DNA of 64,000 nucleotides, taken from sequence record PZ445551.1; one strand, written 5' to 3'. The position numbers and the translations under genes were made by a program. Shown piece after piece: positions 46,708 through 55,113 of the stretch (position 1 is its first letter; each line of letters begins with the position of its first letter). This DNA comes from a phage. The notes beneath the pieces were generated by a model, which had not been told where the DNA came from, did not search any database, and saw only the letters and a list, made by a program, of their open reading frames with translations.

Positions 46708-46854
46708 ATGAAACAATATGTAATGAGTATTCACACCAAAAACGGCGCTACTGTTACGACTCCGGCACGGTTTGCACTTGTAAACCGTTGCAAGAGACTA
46801 AAACGAGAGTTAAAAAATAACCGTGCAACGGGCTTTAAACGCTGGGGAGGATAA
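46708..46854 (+). CDS. Small basic protein (48 aa, below the ORF-track threshold)
   Basis: ATG 46708 directly after the stem-loop; Lys/Arg-rich; hand-translated. Confidence 0.45.
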   Translation: MKQYVMSIHTKNGATVTTPARFALVNRCKRLKRELKNNRATGFKRWGG

Positions 46855-46856
46855 TC

Positions 46857-47117
46857 TTGTTTTTTCTAAAAGTTTTTGATAATGTGATCGCTTTTGAACA
46901 TGCTACAACGTTCGACCTAGCGAGATACGCTATCAGGTTTAAAGATAATGTTTATCCCCGTGCTGGAGGCGGTTACACTATTTTTAATCATCGTAACGCT
47001 CAATTAACGGATATAACTAATCCAGATCCTGGAGTGTATCGCATAGGCTGGCTACCGTCAAAAGACGCGGCAAGCATGTTTAAGGTGTGTAAACTACTAA
47101 CAGAAGAGGCAAATTAG
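46857..47117 (+). CDS. Hypothetical early protein (TTG start)
   Basis: 86-aa ORF; SD GGGGAGG 5 nt upstream of TTG. Confidence 0.5.
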   Translation: MFFLKVFDNVIAFEHATTFDLARYAIRFKDNVYPRAGGGYTIFNHRNAQLTDITNPDPGVYRIGWLPSKDAASMFKVCKLLTEEAN

Positions 47118-47118
47118 C

Positions 47119-47664
47119 ATGGGGCGTGAGTATGTGATCCAGTCCTGGGTAAAGCATGACGCTAATGATCCGCGCATAATACCAGATGACATGATCGATC
47201 ACATGGTAGGGTATAGCGGGGAGCAGATAGGAAATCGAGCGGCAAAGAGCAACGGCAACACAAAGGCGCGATCCGTTCGCCCTGGTTGGCTGGCAAATGG
47301 TAACGCTGACATTGCAAGCGCCGCAGATCCAAGCGATGACGCTAAAAATAATCCCTTATACAGCATTGATCCGGCTTTTAAGGTGTTAGAAGAGTATCCC
47401 GCTAAATTAGCCGCACTAGATAAGGCATACGAAGAAAAGCGCATGGCATGGACGGTATACAACACCGCTAAAATGGTGCTAGATGCAAAATTGATTAAAG
47501 CCCAGGAGAAGATCAATAAACTTGTTGCAGTAGCGCAAGAGGAAGACCAGGAGGAAGAGGAAGAAATCATGCCTACCCTGGAAGAGGAAGAGATCCAGCC
47601 ATACATGCCGACGGAAGAGGAAAAAAGACAAGCCCTAAAAAATTATGAAAATTGCATTGTGTAA
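47119..47664 (+). CDS. Hypothetical early protein with strongly acidic C-terminus
   Basis: 181-aa ORF; C-terminal QEEDQEEEEEIMPTLEEEE. Confidence 0.6.
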   Translation: MGREYVIQSWVKHDANDPRIIPDDMIDHMVGYSGEQIGNRAAKSNGNTKARSVRPGWLANGNADIASAADPSDDAKNNPLYSIDPAFKVLEEYPAKLAALDKAYEEKRMAWTVYNTAKMVLDAKLIKAQEKINKLVAVAQEEDQEEEEEIMPTLEEEEIQPYMPTEEEKRQALKNYENCIV

Positions 47665-47667
47665 GGC

Positions 47668-47723
47668 TTGACATATGCAAACAAGCCCCGTAATATGTAC
47701 CACATAAAGCGGGGCAACGCCCC
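47668..47723 (+). promoter_or_regulatory. sigma70-like promoter (TTGACA...TAATAT) + GC stem-loop GGGGC-aac-GCCCC
   Basis: Boxes and stem-loop read directly. Confidence 0.5.
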
Positions 47724-47745
47724 ATAAGGTGAAATAAAAAATCAC

Positions 47746-47773
47746 TTGACACCTGAAATCAGTAAGCTATAAT
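47746..47773 (+). promoter_or_regulatory. Consensus sigma70 promoter (TTGACA-N16-TATAAT)
   Basis: Exact -35 and -10 hexamers with a 16-nt spacer, 37 nt upstream of ATG 47811. Confidence 0.65.
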
Positions 47774-47810
47774 GCTTATATAGATTGAAACATTACTAAG
47801 GAATAAAAGC

Positions 47811-47990
47811 ATGGCTATTATTGCAAAAACTGAGATCGTAGGTTTAGATTCTATCATCCTGGCATATGAGGAAGCTATAGAAATGTATGTAGTGACCTAT
47901 GGTGATTATGTGCGTGAATACGAATACATTGATCTTGCTTTCGAATGTTACATTCGCCAGGTCAATAAAGCCTATGATGATTATCGTTAA
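47811..47990 (+). CDS. Small hypothetical protein (59 aa, below the ORF-track threshold)
   Basis: ATG 47811 after SD AAGGAATAA; hand-translated to TAA at 47988-47990. Confidence 0.5.
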   Translation: MAIIAKTEIVGLDSIILAYEEAIEMYVVTYGDYVREYEYIDLAFECYIRQVNKAYDDYR

Positions 47991-48085
47991 AAGTTTTAGT
48001 CTTGTGCTATTGACAACGAACGATAGTACAAGCATAATAACTTTTATCGGGAATACTCCTAACTAATCAAAAGAGATTAAAGACT

Positions 48086-48451
48086 ATGGCTAAAAATATC
48101 AATGTTTCTGCTTATGCTACCCTGGCTAACACTGCTAAAATTGAACTATCCAGCATTGAAGCGGTACATATTAGCGCCCGTCGCTGGTTTCAAAAGTCTT
48201 ATGGTAATACTTATTTCTCTTTGATGGTTGACGTTGAGATCGGCGGTAAACTGATTGAAGTCGTTAACGTTCCGTTTCACTATGGCTACGGGGATCATTT
48301 TGATACCGTTGCCCTAGAAGAGTTTAGCAAGGTTGTCAACCTGGAAGGTAAAGAGTTTTCAAATTATGCCTACCTTTCCCGTTTTTGCCGTGATAATGGG
48401 ATCGCTGTATACAGTCATGCAAGCGATGTTAAACGTAAAAAAGATTTATAA
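48086..48451 (+). CDS. Hypothetical early protein
   Basis: 121-aa ORF. Confidence 0.6.
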   Translation: MAKNINVSAYATLANTAKIELSSIEAVHISARRWFQKSYGNTYFSLMVDVEIGGKLIEVVNVPFHYGYGDHFDTVALEEFSKVVNLEGKEFSNYAYLSRFCRDNGIAVYSHASDVKRKKDL

Positions 48452-48457
48452 AAAGCA

Positions 48458-48516
48458 TTGACAGCACGAATAAAAAGCATATAATACTTATATCGAGAGC
48501 GGGAATAGTTCCCGCC
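48458..48516 (+). promoter_or_regulatory. Consensus sigma70 promoter (TTGACA-N16-TATAAT) + 5' stem-loop GCGGGAA-tag-TTCCCGC
   Basis: Boxes and stem-loop read directly; ATG at 48541. Confidence 0.6.
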
Positions 48517-48540
48517 TCACTGAAAAAAGAGATTAACATC

Positions 48541-48780
48541 ATGGCTAAATCTAAAATGTTCTTAGGTCACAAAAACAAAACTCATTGGAATGTAAGCCTT
48601 TGGATCAACAACGATGAAGGTTTTTATAATCTTGCGCGTGAATTTATCGCAGCTAACACCAATAAGAATGACGCAGCGCGTGATATGATGTTATTTCTTG
48701 AAAGTATGGATCAAGATAAAACGCCAGACGGTTACAAGTTCAGTAAAACTGCGATCCGCGCCGCGATGGTTGGAATGTAA
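48541..48780 (+). CDS. Hypothetical early protein
   Basis: 79-aa ORF. Confidence 0.55.
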   Translation: MAKSKMFLGHKNKTHWNVSLWINNDEGFYNLAREFIAANTNKNDAARDMMLFLESMDQDKTPDGYKFSKTAIRAAMVGM

Positions 48781-48885
48781 AGGAGACATAAAAATGAAAC
48801 ATCGTTCGACCTATCTCACAAAACGTTTTAGCTTAGATCATAAATTGGGCTATTACGGAAGAAATAGAAAATAATTTGACACTGT

Positions 48886-48935
48886 TTAAAATTCTGGTAT
48901 AGTTTATCACATAGGGCGGGAAATGGTTTCCCGCC
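48886..48935 (+). promoter_or_regulatory. sigma70-like promoter + 5' GC stem-loop cassette
   Basis: TTGACA at 48886; -10 TATAGT; stem-loop GGGCGGG-aaatggttt-CCCGCC; ATG at 48958. Confidence 0.55.
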
Positions 48936-48957
48936 AAATGAAAGAAAGGTTATCATT

Positions 48958-49185
48958 ATGGCTATCGTTATTGTTCGCGTATCCGGCACGGTTGGAATCT
49001 CCCAGGTAGTAGCAGTTATCACCGAGAAGAAAGGGGATGATCTTCACTCTTCCTTGAATAGCTGGGCGGTCGCTAACTTCGGGCAATGGTCGAGCGTTGA
49101 GTACATCGAATCCTACCAGGTGCCAACGATTAGCCTAACCGATCTAAATGTTGATCGCTTGTTGTGCCTGGATCAATTAAACTAA
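48958..49185 (+). CDS. Hypothetical early protein
   Basis: 75-aa ORF. Confidence 0.55.
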   Translation: MAIVIVRVSGTVGISQVVAVITEKKGDDLHSSLNSWAVANFGQWSSVEYIESYQVPTISLTDLNVDRLLCLDQLN

Positions 49186-49193
49186 AAATAATA

Positions 49194-49252
49194 TTGACAA
49201 GATAACTAAAATCAGTAAAATGTAATGCATAGGGCGGCAATAGTGCCGCTCC
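49194..49252 (+). promoter_or_regulatory. sigma70-like promoter + 5' GC stem-loop cassette
   Basis: TTGACA at 49194; -10 TAAAAT; stem-loop GGGCGGC-aatagt-GCCGCTC. Confidence 0.55.
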
Positions 49253-49272
49253 TAGTGAGAGAGATTATCAAG

Positions 49273-49488
49273 ATGGCTAATATCCGCACACTGTTAAAAA
49301 ATGCAAGTCAAGTTTTATTTTCAGATGACGAGTATTTCAACAAAGACATTACAGGCGTGAAAAATTTAAAAGACGTGAAGGATGTTATCGGTATTCGTGG
49401 ATCTTTACGTAAAGGTGACATATACGGTAACAAGGTGCAATATAAACTGTCAAAAGATTATGATTTTACTTTGACATTTATTTCATAA
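49273..49488 (+). CDS. Hypothetical early protein
   Basis: Start at ATG 49273 (MANIRTL) downstream of the stem-loop; 71 aa. Confidence 0.55.
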   Translation: MANIRTLLKNASQVLFSDDEYFNKDITGVKNLKDVKDVIGIRGSLRKGDIYGNKVQYKLSKDYDFTLTFIS

Positions 49489-49494
49489 AACCGC

Positions 49495-49555
49495 TTGCAA
49501 TACTACAAAAATAAAGTAAACTGTATTCATCAAGGCGGTGGAATAGCCCACCGCC
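49495..49555 (+). promoter_or_regulatory. Promoter-like boxes (TTGCAA...TAAACT) + stem-loop GGCGGTGG-aatagc-CCACCGCC
   Basis: Perfect 8-bp stem; promoter boxes are weaker than in the other cassettes. Confidence 0.45.
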
Positions 49556-49579
49556 TAACAAAGAGAAGAGGAAAACATC

Positions 49580-49750
49580 ATGATCACTTTTGCTACCCGT
49601 GAAGCCGCTCGCAACGTTGCACGTAAAGTTAACGCCGCCAACCTGGGCGCTACGCTTAAAGCCCCGGTAAAAGATGAATCAGGGAAATGGATCTTCCCTG
49701 GTCTGCGTCACGCTGATAAGCTGGGAACATTAACGTTAAAAAATAAATAA
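49580..49750 (+). CDS. Small hypothetical protein (56 aa, below the ORF-track threshold)
   Basis: ATG 49580 after SD GAGAAGAGGAAAA; hand-translated. Confidence 0.45.
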   Translation: MITFATREAARNVARKVNAANLGATLKAPVKDESGKWIFPGLRHADKLGTLTLKNK

Positions 49751-49757
49751 TATCCGC

Positions 49758-49816
49758 TTGACAGTAGCATGATTTATAAGTAAAGTAACAACAACGGCGG
49801 GAAATGGTTTCCCGCC
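49758..49816 (+). promoter_or_regulatory. sigma70-like promoter + 5' GC stem-loop cassette
   Basis: TTGACA at 49758; stem-loop GGCGGG-aaatggttt-CCCGCC; ATG at 49837. Confidence 0.55.
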
Positions 49817-49836
49817 ATCAATAAAGAGATAAGATT

Positions 49837-50196
49837 ATGAAATCAGTAAAAGCAATTAAAACTTACATTTTGTCGGCTATTTCTTTTGATGGTACTACAA
49901 CCGAAAAAGAAAAAATCACCGAACTGATGCGCCGTTTTAACTCTGAATACTGGTATCCCGATAATCAAAAACGTTACAATTATAACGTGATTAAGGCGAT
50001 AGCCTCATGGTTACAAGGTTTACCGTCAGAAATCAATATTGCTTTTGATTATAACGAGATCGATCACTTGTTAATTGAATGGAAGTACATAAAAGAAACA
50101 AGCAAAGAAACAACCGTTACCCGTGAGCGGGAAAATTATTGGTTATATATTGCAAGCATGATCGTAATCCTGGCAAAACAGCATAACGTGGCGTAA
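49837..50196 (+). CDS. Hypothetical early protein
   Basis: 119-aa ORF. Confidence 0.6.
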   Translation: MKSVKAIKTYILSAISFDGTTTEKEKITELMRRFNSEYWYPDNQKRYNYNVIKAIASWLQGLPSEINIAFDYNEIDHLLIEWKYIKETSKETTVTRERENYWLYIASMIVILAKQHNVA

Positions 50197-50211
50197 TTAA
50201 GAGGAAGAAAC

Positions 50212-50349
50212 ATGAACGCATCACAGCAGATCGAAAAATTCAACCGCAGCAAGGCGCGTAAAGATTGGAACGAAGAGATCACCAAAAAAGGCGACAAGCG
50301 GAACAAAACAAAGAGAGATCGCAGCACAAAAAGATACTGGAACGAATAA
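50212..50349 (+). CDS. Small basic protein (45 aa, below the ORF-track threshold)
   Basis: ATG 50212 after SD AAGAGGAAG; Lys/Arg-rich; followed by a terminator. Confidence 0.45.
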   Translation: MNASQQIEKFNRSKARKDWNEEITKKGDKRNKTKRDRSTKRYWNE

Positions 50350-50351
50350 CA

Positions 50352-50378
50352 AAAAGGGCGCAATAAGCGCCCTTTTAG
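50352..50378 (+). terminator. Rho-independent terminator (GGGCGC-aataa-GCGCCC + TTTT)
   Basis: Perfect stem followed by a T run. Confidence 0.6.
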
Positions 50379-50466
50379 CTTATATAGAGGCTTGTTACCC
50401 ATAGGCAATGGTAACGCCAGGATAAGCCTATAAACCACGTTAGACAGCTTTACAGGAGCTTTAAAA

Positions 50467-50649
50467 ATGAAATTAGACGAAATAAGCAAGGCACTAGCCC
50501 AGGGGCAAAGGTTATGCGCCCGATATCGTGATCAATATGGCTTCATAACTAGCGGCGTGATCCTGGGGATTGAAGGCAATAAGATTTTTATTGACACGTT
50601 GAAAAACGTTGTATATAGTGACAATATAATCTCAATAAAACATATATGA
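50467..50649 (+). CDS. Hypothetical small protein
   Basis: 60-aa ORF; SD AGGAG upstream. Confidence 0.5.
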   Translation: MKLDEISKALAQGQRLCARYRDQYGFITSGVILGIEGNKIFIDTLKNVVYSDNIISIKHI

Positions 50650-50657
50650 GGCAAGAA

Positions 50658-51059
50658 ATGAAAAAATTATTGATCGCTGGTTTAATCTCTTTTGGCATGG
50701 TTGGAACATCTAGCGCGGCGATATCCTCCACAGTAGCAGAATTAAGCGCCGTTGATGCAATGGAAAACGTCATGCTTATTAATAACGCGATCCCCGATGA
50801 AATCATGGAGGATTCACACATGATCGCTTATGGTGCTGTTACACAACTAACGGCAAAAATAGATAAATCTATTGTTAACGGCTTAAATGAAGATGTGCCA
50901 TGTGAAATTATTACCAGTGTGCTGACTACTCAAAATTTTACGCCGTGGTTAAAAAGTATTCAAAAAGTACACAGTACAGCCGCAGATCGTAGCAATGAAA
51001 AACTAGTGTCAGCACTTGCAACGTATACCCTAGCAAAATGCACCGAGATAAAAGATTGA
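50658..51059 (+). CDS. Secreted / periplasmic hypothetical protein
   Basis: Signal peptide MKKLLIAGLISFGMVGTSSA; start at ATG 50658. Confidence 0.55.
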   Translation: MKKLLIAGLISFGMVGTSSAAISSTVAELSAVDAMENVMLINNAIPDEIMEDSHMIAYGAVTQLTAKIDKSIVNGLNEDVPCEIITSVLTTQNFTPWLKSIQKVHSTAADRSNEKLVSALATYTLAKCTEIKD

Positions 51060-51084
51060 CAACATAGAAAGCACGTTATAAGAT
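51056..51084 (+). promoter_or_regulatory. sigma70-like promoter (TTGACA-N17-TAAGAT), no stem-loop
   Basis: Hexamers read directly upstream of ATG 51107. Confidence 0.45.
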
Positions 51085-51106
51085 ACACACAACAAAGGAG
51101 AACTAC

Positions 51107-51409
51107 ATGAACGGCATAGCTAAAACGTTTTTTCTTTTTTCTGGTGTAAATGATCCATCAATAAAAGTCGATAGTGTAAAAGAAAACAATACTATCACCG
51201 CTAAATTGTTTCAAGATGAAACAAATAACGTGCTAATCATTAATCTTAAAGAAGTAACTAAAGGTTATTATACTATTGCTTACCATGCGATTTATCATGC
51301 TGGTACTAGTGAGGAAGTGCAAACAAGCAACAACGAAAGCGCGGCGCTACCTGGTGATCTGGTGCTGGGCGTTATCAGTTTAATTGTCAATGATTTTTTT
51401 AAGGAGTAA
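51107..51409 (+). CDS. Hypothetical protein
   Basis: 100-aa ORF; SD AAAGGAG. Confidence 0.55.
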   Translation: MNGIAKTFFLFSGVNDPSIKVDSVKENNTITAKLFQDETNNVLIINLKEVTKGYYTIAYHAIYHAGTSEEVQTSNNESAALPGDLVLGVISLIVNDFFKE

Positions 51410-51738
51410 AACCATGCCCTATTTACATTTATTTTTCGGTATCTTATTGACAGGATCTTTTTTCTTCTGTATGCTTGTTTCTATTGTAAACCACGTTTTA
51501 AGACATTAAGGAAACAGCATGAAAATTATTCCCGTACAATATAGCGTAATAAATCCAGCATACGAGGAAGGAAGGAAAACAAGCATGGCTTTATGTTGTA
51601 TTGCTACTATAGCCATGTTGTTATATATTGTGTTTTAATAGGTTTTATAGTTGTACGCTTTAAGGGCTTGACAATTTTTTGTTATGCTTTAAACTATATC
51701 TTGAAAACGGCAAAGGCCGCAAACAAAAGGGTAAAATT

Positions 51739-52062
51739 ATGAAATCTGTGATCGGTGTTTATTTGGATAACTCTGATTTTTTCTATCATCGCGCTCGTTT
51801 CCTTGATGCGATTGAAATGATAGAATCAGGCTTTAAAGAGTATCGCCTTGCACATGATGACCTGGAAGCATTACAGGGCAATAGTGTTTTTACATTGCAA
51901 GCTAAAGCACTATGCAAAAGCCGGATCGACATTGCGAGCAAAAAGATAGAACGCGGCATGTCCTGGTTGCGCACCGCAGAAATCAACATGGGGCAATGGT
52001 ACGGCGAAAACTTAGAAAATAAACATACTTTTGTCAATGTAGAAAATATTGAAGATTATTGA
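51739..52062 (+). CDS. Hypothetical protein
   Basis: Start at ATG 51739 (MKSVIGV); TTGACA at 51668 upstream; 107 aa. Confidence 0.55.
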   Translation: MKSVIGVYLDNSDFFYHRARFLDAIEMIESGFKEYRLAHDDLEALQGNSVFTLQAKALCKSRIDIASKKIERGMSWLRTAEINMGQWYGENLENKHTFVNVENIEDY

Positions 52063-52125
52063 TTGACAGCACACCTAACGGGTAGTATATTGTATCTCAT
52101 AGAGCGGGGAAATGGTTTCCCCGCC
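52063..52125 (+). promoter_or_regulatory. sigma70-like promoter + 5' GC stem-loop cassette
   Basis: TTGACA at 52063; -10 TATATT; stem-loop GAGCGGGG-aaatggttt-CCCCGCC. Confidence 0.55.
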
Positions 52126-52144
52126 TTAAAAGAAGAGATAAGCT

Positions 52145-52429
52145 ATGAAGATCACAAAAGCACTTTCCAACTATGCAGCACGTCGCGGATTATGTTTAAC
52201 CGTTGAAAATTTAGGGAAAGAAGATTTTTTGTGCTTTTGGGAGCTTGAGAATGATAATGAGTGGATCTTCTCTTATTCTATCTGCGAAGATCAAAACGGT
52301 TGTTTATTAACCTGGCGCGGTAATATCTATTTACCGGAAGAAATCAAAGAAGAATTACCAGGCACGATCATGACTGAGAAACAGCTTAAGGAAGTGATCA
52401 ATTTTGTAGGGCAAAACATTAAAAAATAA
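52145..52429 (+). CDS. Hypothetical early protein
   Basis: 94-aa ORF. Confidence 0.55.
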   Translation: MKITKALSNYAARRGLCLTVENLGKEDFLCFWELENDNEWIFSYSICEDQNGCLLTWRGNIYLPEEIKEELPGTIMTEKQLKEVINFVGQNIKK

Positions 52430-52430
52430 T

Positions 52431-52489
52431 TTGACACTAGGCAAACAACGTAGTAAAGTTTATCACATAGGGCGGCAATAGTGCCGCTC
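52431..52489 (+). promoter_or_regulatory. sigma70-like promoter + 5' GC stem-loop cassette
   Basis: TTGACA at 52431; -10 TAAAGT; stem-loop GGGCGGC-aatagt-GCCGCTC. Confidence 0.55.
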
Positions 52490-52510
52490 ATAACAGAAGA
52501 GAAACAAATC

Positions 52511-52681
52511 ATGATCCCGACTATGTTTTATGTATCGCGCAAAGGTCACAATATTTTTTGGTCTGAAGATTTAAATGAAGCTATGACGTTTGCCCGTGAT
52601 CGTGTCGCTATCGGTGGCGTTAACATCACTGTAACCGATGAAAACGGCATTGAATACTATAACGGCGACGATGAAGAGTAA
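52511..52681 (+). CDS. Small hypothetical protein
   Basis: Start at ATG 52511 downstream of the stem-loop; 56 aa. Confidence 0.5.
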   Translation: MIPTMFYVSRKGHNIFWSEDLNEAMTFARDRVAIGGVNITVTDENGIEYYNGDDEE

Positions 52682-52688
52682 TCAACAA

Positions 52689-52706
52689 GGCGGGATTAAT
52701 CCCGCC
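52689..52706 (+). promoter_or_regulatory. GC stem-loop GGCGGGAT-ta-ATCCCGCC preceding a small ORF
   Basis: Perfect palindrome; no clear promoter hexamers upstream. Confidence 0.35.
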
Positions 52707-52725
52707 TGTATTAAAGGGTAATATA

Positions 52726-52863
52726 ATGAAAACTTTCAACGCAACAGCCTCGACAATTGGTTATATTATTACAGTGCAAGCCGTTGACCTGGTAGCGGCA
52801 GCAAACAAGATTAAAAAGATGATCCCAACAGGCAGCGAATTTTCCGTTTGGGAAGTAAAATAA
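52726..52863 (+). CDS. Small hypothetical protein (45 aa, below the ORF-track threshold)
   Basis: ATG 52726 after AAAGGGTAATATA; hand-translated. Confidence 0.4.
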   Translation: MKTFNATASTIGYIITVQAVDLVAAANKIKKMIPTGSEFSVWEVK

Positions 52864-52866
52864 ATC

Positions 52867-52924
52867 TTGACAATAGTTTATTACTTGATAGAATGTATTT
52901 CGTAGGGCGGCAATAGTGCCGCTC
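52867..52924 (+). promoter_or_regulatory. sigma70-like promoter + 5' GC stem-loop cassette
   Basis: TTGACA at 52867; -10 TAGAAT; stem-loop GGGCGGC-aatagt-GCCGCTC. Confidence 0.55.
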
Positions 52925-52945
52925 ACAACTAAAAGAGAAATCATC

Positions 52946-53140
52946 ATGGCGCTTAAAAAATTAACAAGCAATACTCGTTGGGATGAAATCGACGGGGAAG
53001 TATACATTTTCGCCCGTAAACCAGGTGATCAAAAATGGTCAAAGGCTTTTACTTGCCACCCTGCAACAATAGATCTAATAAAAAGTAAAGGTTTACGTGA
53101 AGCAGTAGCGAGAAGTTTACTGATCCCTTATAAAAAATAG
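52946..53140 (+). CDS. Small hypothetical protein
   Basis: Start at ATG 52946 (MALKKL); 64 aa. Confidence 0.5.
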   Translation: MALKKLTSNTRWDEIDGEVYIFARKPGDQKWSKAFTCHPATIDLIKSKGLREAVARSLLIPYKK

Positions 53141-53141
53141 T

Positions 53142-53203
53142 TTGACAATATGCTGTTATCTGGTAAAGTGTACGACATAGGGCGGGGCAATAAGGCAACG
53201 CCC
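53142..53203 (+). promoter_or_regulatory. sigma70-like promoter + 5' GC stem-loop cassette
   Basis: TTGACA at 53142; -10 TAAAGT; stem-loop GGGCGGGGC ... GCAACGCCC. Confidence 0.5.
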
Positions 53204-53221
53204 ATTAATGAGGGTAGAATC

Positions 53222-53326
53222 ATGTTAGAGAAAATTTTCACGGTTGTAGTAGTTGGCCTGGCGTTATCGGTTGGATTGGTTGCAACTATGGCTAACATGA
53301 TCCTATCTTCCCACGGTATTGGATAA
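53222..53326 (+). CDS. Small hydrophobic peptide (34 aa)
   Basis: ATG 53222 after GAGGGTAGAATC; one transmembrane-like segment; hand-translated. Confidence 0.35.
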   Translation: MLEKIFTVVVVGLALSVGLVATMANMILSSHGIG

Positions 53327-53336
53327 GGTGAATCAA

Positions 53337-53552
53337 ATGATCACGAATAAGACAGGTAAAACAGAATTTTTACGCGGCTTGCAAATAGGTAAACCTGAGA
53401 TCTGGCATTGCACTAAATCCGCGCATAATGAAATGAAAGATTTTACCGCTACTTTACAACGTGTTAAAATATCTATCACGCAGAAAAAAGCCTTGTTAGT
53501 AGTAGAAAACGAGATACCGCAAACCATTATTATTGTCGAGCGTACAGCATGA
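53337..53552 (+). CDS. Hypothetical small protein
   Basis: Start at ATG 53337 with SD AAGGTGA; 71 aa. Confidence 0.5.
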   Translation: MITNKTGKTEFLRGLQIGKPEIWHCTKSAHNEMKDFTATLQRVKISITQKKALLVVENEIPQTIIIVERTA

Positions 53553-53935
53553 AAACTGAAATCATTATTGAAATCATCAACGGTTATAAAGAAGCCTTTA
53601 TTTTTGCTGAATCAGCCAGGGATCATGAAGGCTATTTTATTGATAACTTAGACGATTATGATTTTTCAGATCAAGCCCATCAGCGGATCATTCATGACGT
53701 AGCGGCTTATTGTGATGCCAATGATGCTGCTATCTCTGAGGCAATGAGCGACGGCGCTACAGCAAACCAGATCGGGAATGATTTACATTTTACCCGTAAC
53801 GGTCACGGCGTAGGCTTTTGGGATCGCCCTGAAATATACACTACTAACACCGCCAACCGCCTAACAAATGCAGCTAAATTAATGCCATCGGTGCATGCTT
53901 ACATTGGTGAAGATAATTTGATTTATATTGAATAA
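53549..53935 (+). CDS. Hypothetical acidic protein
   Basis: 128-aa ORF, Asp/Glu-rich; 4-nt overlap with the upstream gene. Confidence 0.6.
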   Translation: MKTEIIIEIINGYKEAFIFAESARDHEGYFIDNLDDYDFSDQAHQRIIHDVAAYCDANDAAISEAMSDGATANQIGNDLHFTRNGHGVGFWDRPEIYTTNTANRLTNAAKLMPSVHAYIGEDNLIYIE

Positions 53936-53941
53936 AAAGTA

Positions 53942-54000
53942 TTGACACCGATCCCCCATATGGTATTATTTACCACGTAGGCGGGAAATGGTTTCCCGCC
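53942..54000 (+). promoter_or_regulatory. sigma70-like promoter + 5' GC stem-loop cassette
   Basis: TTGACA at 53942; -10 TATTAT; stem-loop GGCGGG-aaatggttt-CCCGCC. Confidence 0.55.
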
Positions 54001-54023
54001 AGGTAATCAAAAAGGTAAATACT

Positions 54024-54413
54024 ATGCGCAACCTGGTTTCTGTTTCTAACGTTGAAAAATTTCAATCCTTGCAGGGTATCGTTAACAACGTAGCGCCTTT
54101 TTTAGTCAATGGCTTGATTGCAAAGATGAAAAATAAACATCATGCGGCATGGTCTGCTTACTGCTTTGATAATGATGAAAAAGCGGCTGAAATGATGTTA
54201 GATATGCTGTTAAATAGTGTAGAAACATCTTTACCGGAAAACATCGCAGAAGAGATCACCTATCGTTATAATATGGCGATCACTTACCAGGAGGTTGCGC
54301 AATTTAATATGATGGATGATGACGAACAACAGGATCAGGAAATGTTTTGGGAGTATGCAGATCGTCAATCGGCTTTTGATGAAAAGTTAGCGATGTATTA
54401 TAACGAATATTAA
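54024..54413 (+). CDS. Hypothetical acidic protein (candidate DNA mimic)
   Basis: Start at ATG 54024; 129 aa; C-terminal MMDDDEQQDQEMFWEY. Confidence 0.55.
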   Translation: MRNLVSVSNVEKFQSLQGIVNNVAPFLVNGLIAKMKNKHHAAWSAYCFDNDEKAAEMMLDMLLNSVETSLPENIAEEITYRYNMAITYQEVAQFNMMDDDEQQDQEMFWEYADRQSAFDEKLAMYYNEY

Positions 54414-54423
54414 TACACGGTAA

Positions 54424-54455
54424 AAGAAAGGGGCGCACTAAGCGCCCTTTTTTGT
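54424..54455 (+). terminator. Rho-independent terminator (GGGCGC-actaa-GCGCCC + TTTTTT)
   Basis: Perfect stem with a T6 run. Confidence 0.7.
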
Positions 54456-54799
54456 ATTCTTTTTTCACGATGGAAGTAACACGTAAAGAATAAACGTAAA
54501 AGGTGGTGTAAAACAGCCTAAAACCGATTATAACCGCTTAAACAAGGTAGTAATGACTAATCACCTTGCCAGGATGAAAAAGCTGTTATAAAGCTATTTA
54601 GAGCGTTTAAAGCACATAGGAAATAATTTGCTTTTTATCTTGCCTTTTATCCTGCTTTTGATTATTATTATGGAACGGGCGGCACCTGGGGACAGGGGAA
54701 GGTAATCACCGGAAGATCCCGCTATATATTGATAGCTAATATCTATTAAACAACAAAACATCAAAGGAATAAACTATCAAATCTTTACAATTCTACCTA

Positions 54800-54859
54800 T
54801 TGACACAGGATCACCCTTATAATAAGATGTATCCAGTAGGGCGGGAAATGGTTTCCCGC
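54800..54859 (+). promoter_or_regulatory. sigma70-like promoter + 5' GC stem-loop cassette
   Basis: TTGACA at 54800; -10 TAAGAT; stem-loop GGGCGGG-aaatggttt-CCCGC. Confidence 0.55.
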
Positions 54860-54878
54860 TTGATATAGGAATCATACC

Positions 54879-55112
54879 ATGATCGAACAAATTAAAAGCA
54901 CTACACCAAATGTTAACGGCAATGTTTCACACTTTATCGGGGATAATGAAAGGGGTACACCATACGCCGCCGTAACCGTGCAACCTAATGGCGATTATTG
55001 GTTTACCGTGTACGGATCATATTCTTTCGGACGCCCGGCACATGATAAGATCTTGCAAGCGGTTAAGCCTACTGGGAAGAATATCACAGCAGAAAAATTT
55101 TATAAAAAATAG
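54879..55112 (+). CDS. Hypothetical early protein
   Basis: 77-aa ORF. Confidence 0.55.
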   Translation: MIEQIKSTTPNVNGNVSHFIGDNERGTPYAAVTVQPNGDYWFTVYGSYSFGRPAHDKILQAVKPTGKNITAEKFYKK

Positions 55113-55113
55113 C

